From positions 30,306,703-30,370,702 of the forward strand of contig NW_026943819.1 of NCBI RefSeq assembly GCF_035594765.1: DNA of 64,000 nucleotides. The letters are read 5' to 3'. The notes under the pieces are model-generated. The model did no database searches. It was not told the origin of the DNA and saw only the letters and a program-made list of their open reading frames with translations. Shown piece by piece: positions 63,458 to 64,000 of the stretch; within the stretch, counting starts at the first letter, position 1; each line of letters opens with the position of its first letter. The stretch is from Anolis carolinensis. Its lineage: Eukaryota. The position numbers and the translations under genes are program-made.

Positions 63458-63990
63458 CTTGCCATTTGCTCCTCGTAGTCCTTCTTCTGCGCCTCCAACT
63501 CCCTTTCCAACTCCGTGATCCTCTTCCGAAGAGAGTCAGGATCCTCCGAGTCGCAAAAGTCTCGATCCGGATTAGGAGGGGGATCTGGGGACCCGTTTTG
63601 CTCCGGATCTGGATCGGGACCCTTTCCGGGGTCATAATGGCTTCCCGGGGTCAGAGGCCGCTCTGCTTCTCGGACCGGCTTCCCGGTTTCCTGCGCGGAA
63701 GGGTTTTCCGCGTGGGGCAAATGCAGGAGCCTGGAGAGGCCGTGGGAGGAGGTCCGCTTGTGGCTCCGTCCAGCGGAGGAAGGAACGGGATGGAGCTGCG
63801 CCAAGGACGAGGACGAGGTCCAGAAGCTGCTCCGGAAAATGTCGTTTTCGCCCAAGCCCGGAACGGTCCCAAAGCATTTCCGGTTGGGAAGCGTCTGCGT
63901 CCGCTTCCGGGGCTCCGGAGCCGCCCTGGCCGGCAGTTCCCCGTGGCCTTCCGCGGAAGGGCCTCTCCCGGAGGGTTCTCCATCGTCTCT
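63458..63990 (-). CDS. ARHGAP25: Rho GTPase-activating protein 25, penultimate coding exon
   Basis: PRKRTQTLPNRKCF, DIFRSSFW, HKRTSSH and SLRKRITELERELEAQKKDYEEQ match the ARHGAP25 C-terminal region. Acceptor ttgcttccag at the window edge; phase-2 GTAAAG donor. Confidence 0.88.
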
Positions 63991-64000
63991 CTGGAAGCAA

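Overview
Eukaryotic DNA from a squamate reptile, most likely an Anolis-type lizard judging by the repeats (Sauria SINE, 5S-derived SINE, R4/Dong LINE, Helitrons). It has five N-gaps. The window covers the conserved ANTXR1-gastrokine-BMP10-ARHGAP25 block: ANTXR1 exon 1 (-), GKN1 (-, 6 exons, 183 aa), GKN2 (+, 6 exons, 182 aa, head-to-head with GKN1), BMP10 (+, 2 exons, 414 aa) and the last two coding exons of ARHGAP25 (-). Main result: a third, intact six-exon BRICHOS/gastrokine gene (177 aa, 6981-13259, -) lies between ANTXR1 and GKN1, where mammals have no gastrokine, and no GKN3 is visible at its mammalian position between GKN2 and BMP10. Non-coding DNA is dense with transposons and locally amplified tandem arrays. 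Notable ones are 14 extra copies of the BMP10 splice acceptor, two extra copies of the ANTXR1 exon-1 donor, an 8-unit 5S-derived SINE array, (TAA)n-punctuated R4 arrays with fixed breakpoints, and a ~590-bp inverted duplication bracketing the GKN2 promoter and exons 1-2. Gene models were assembled by hand from GT-AG boundaries and remembered protein similarity. No database searches were run.
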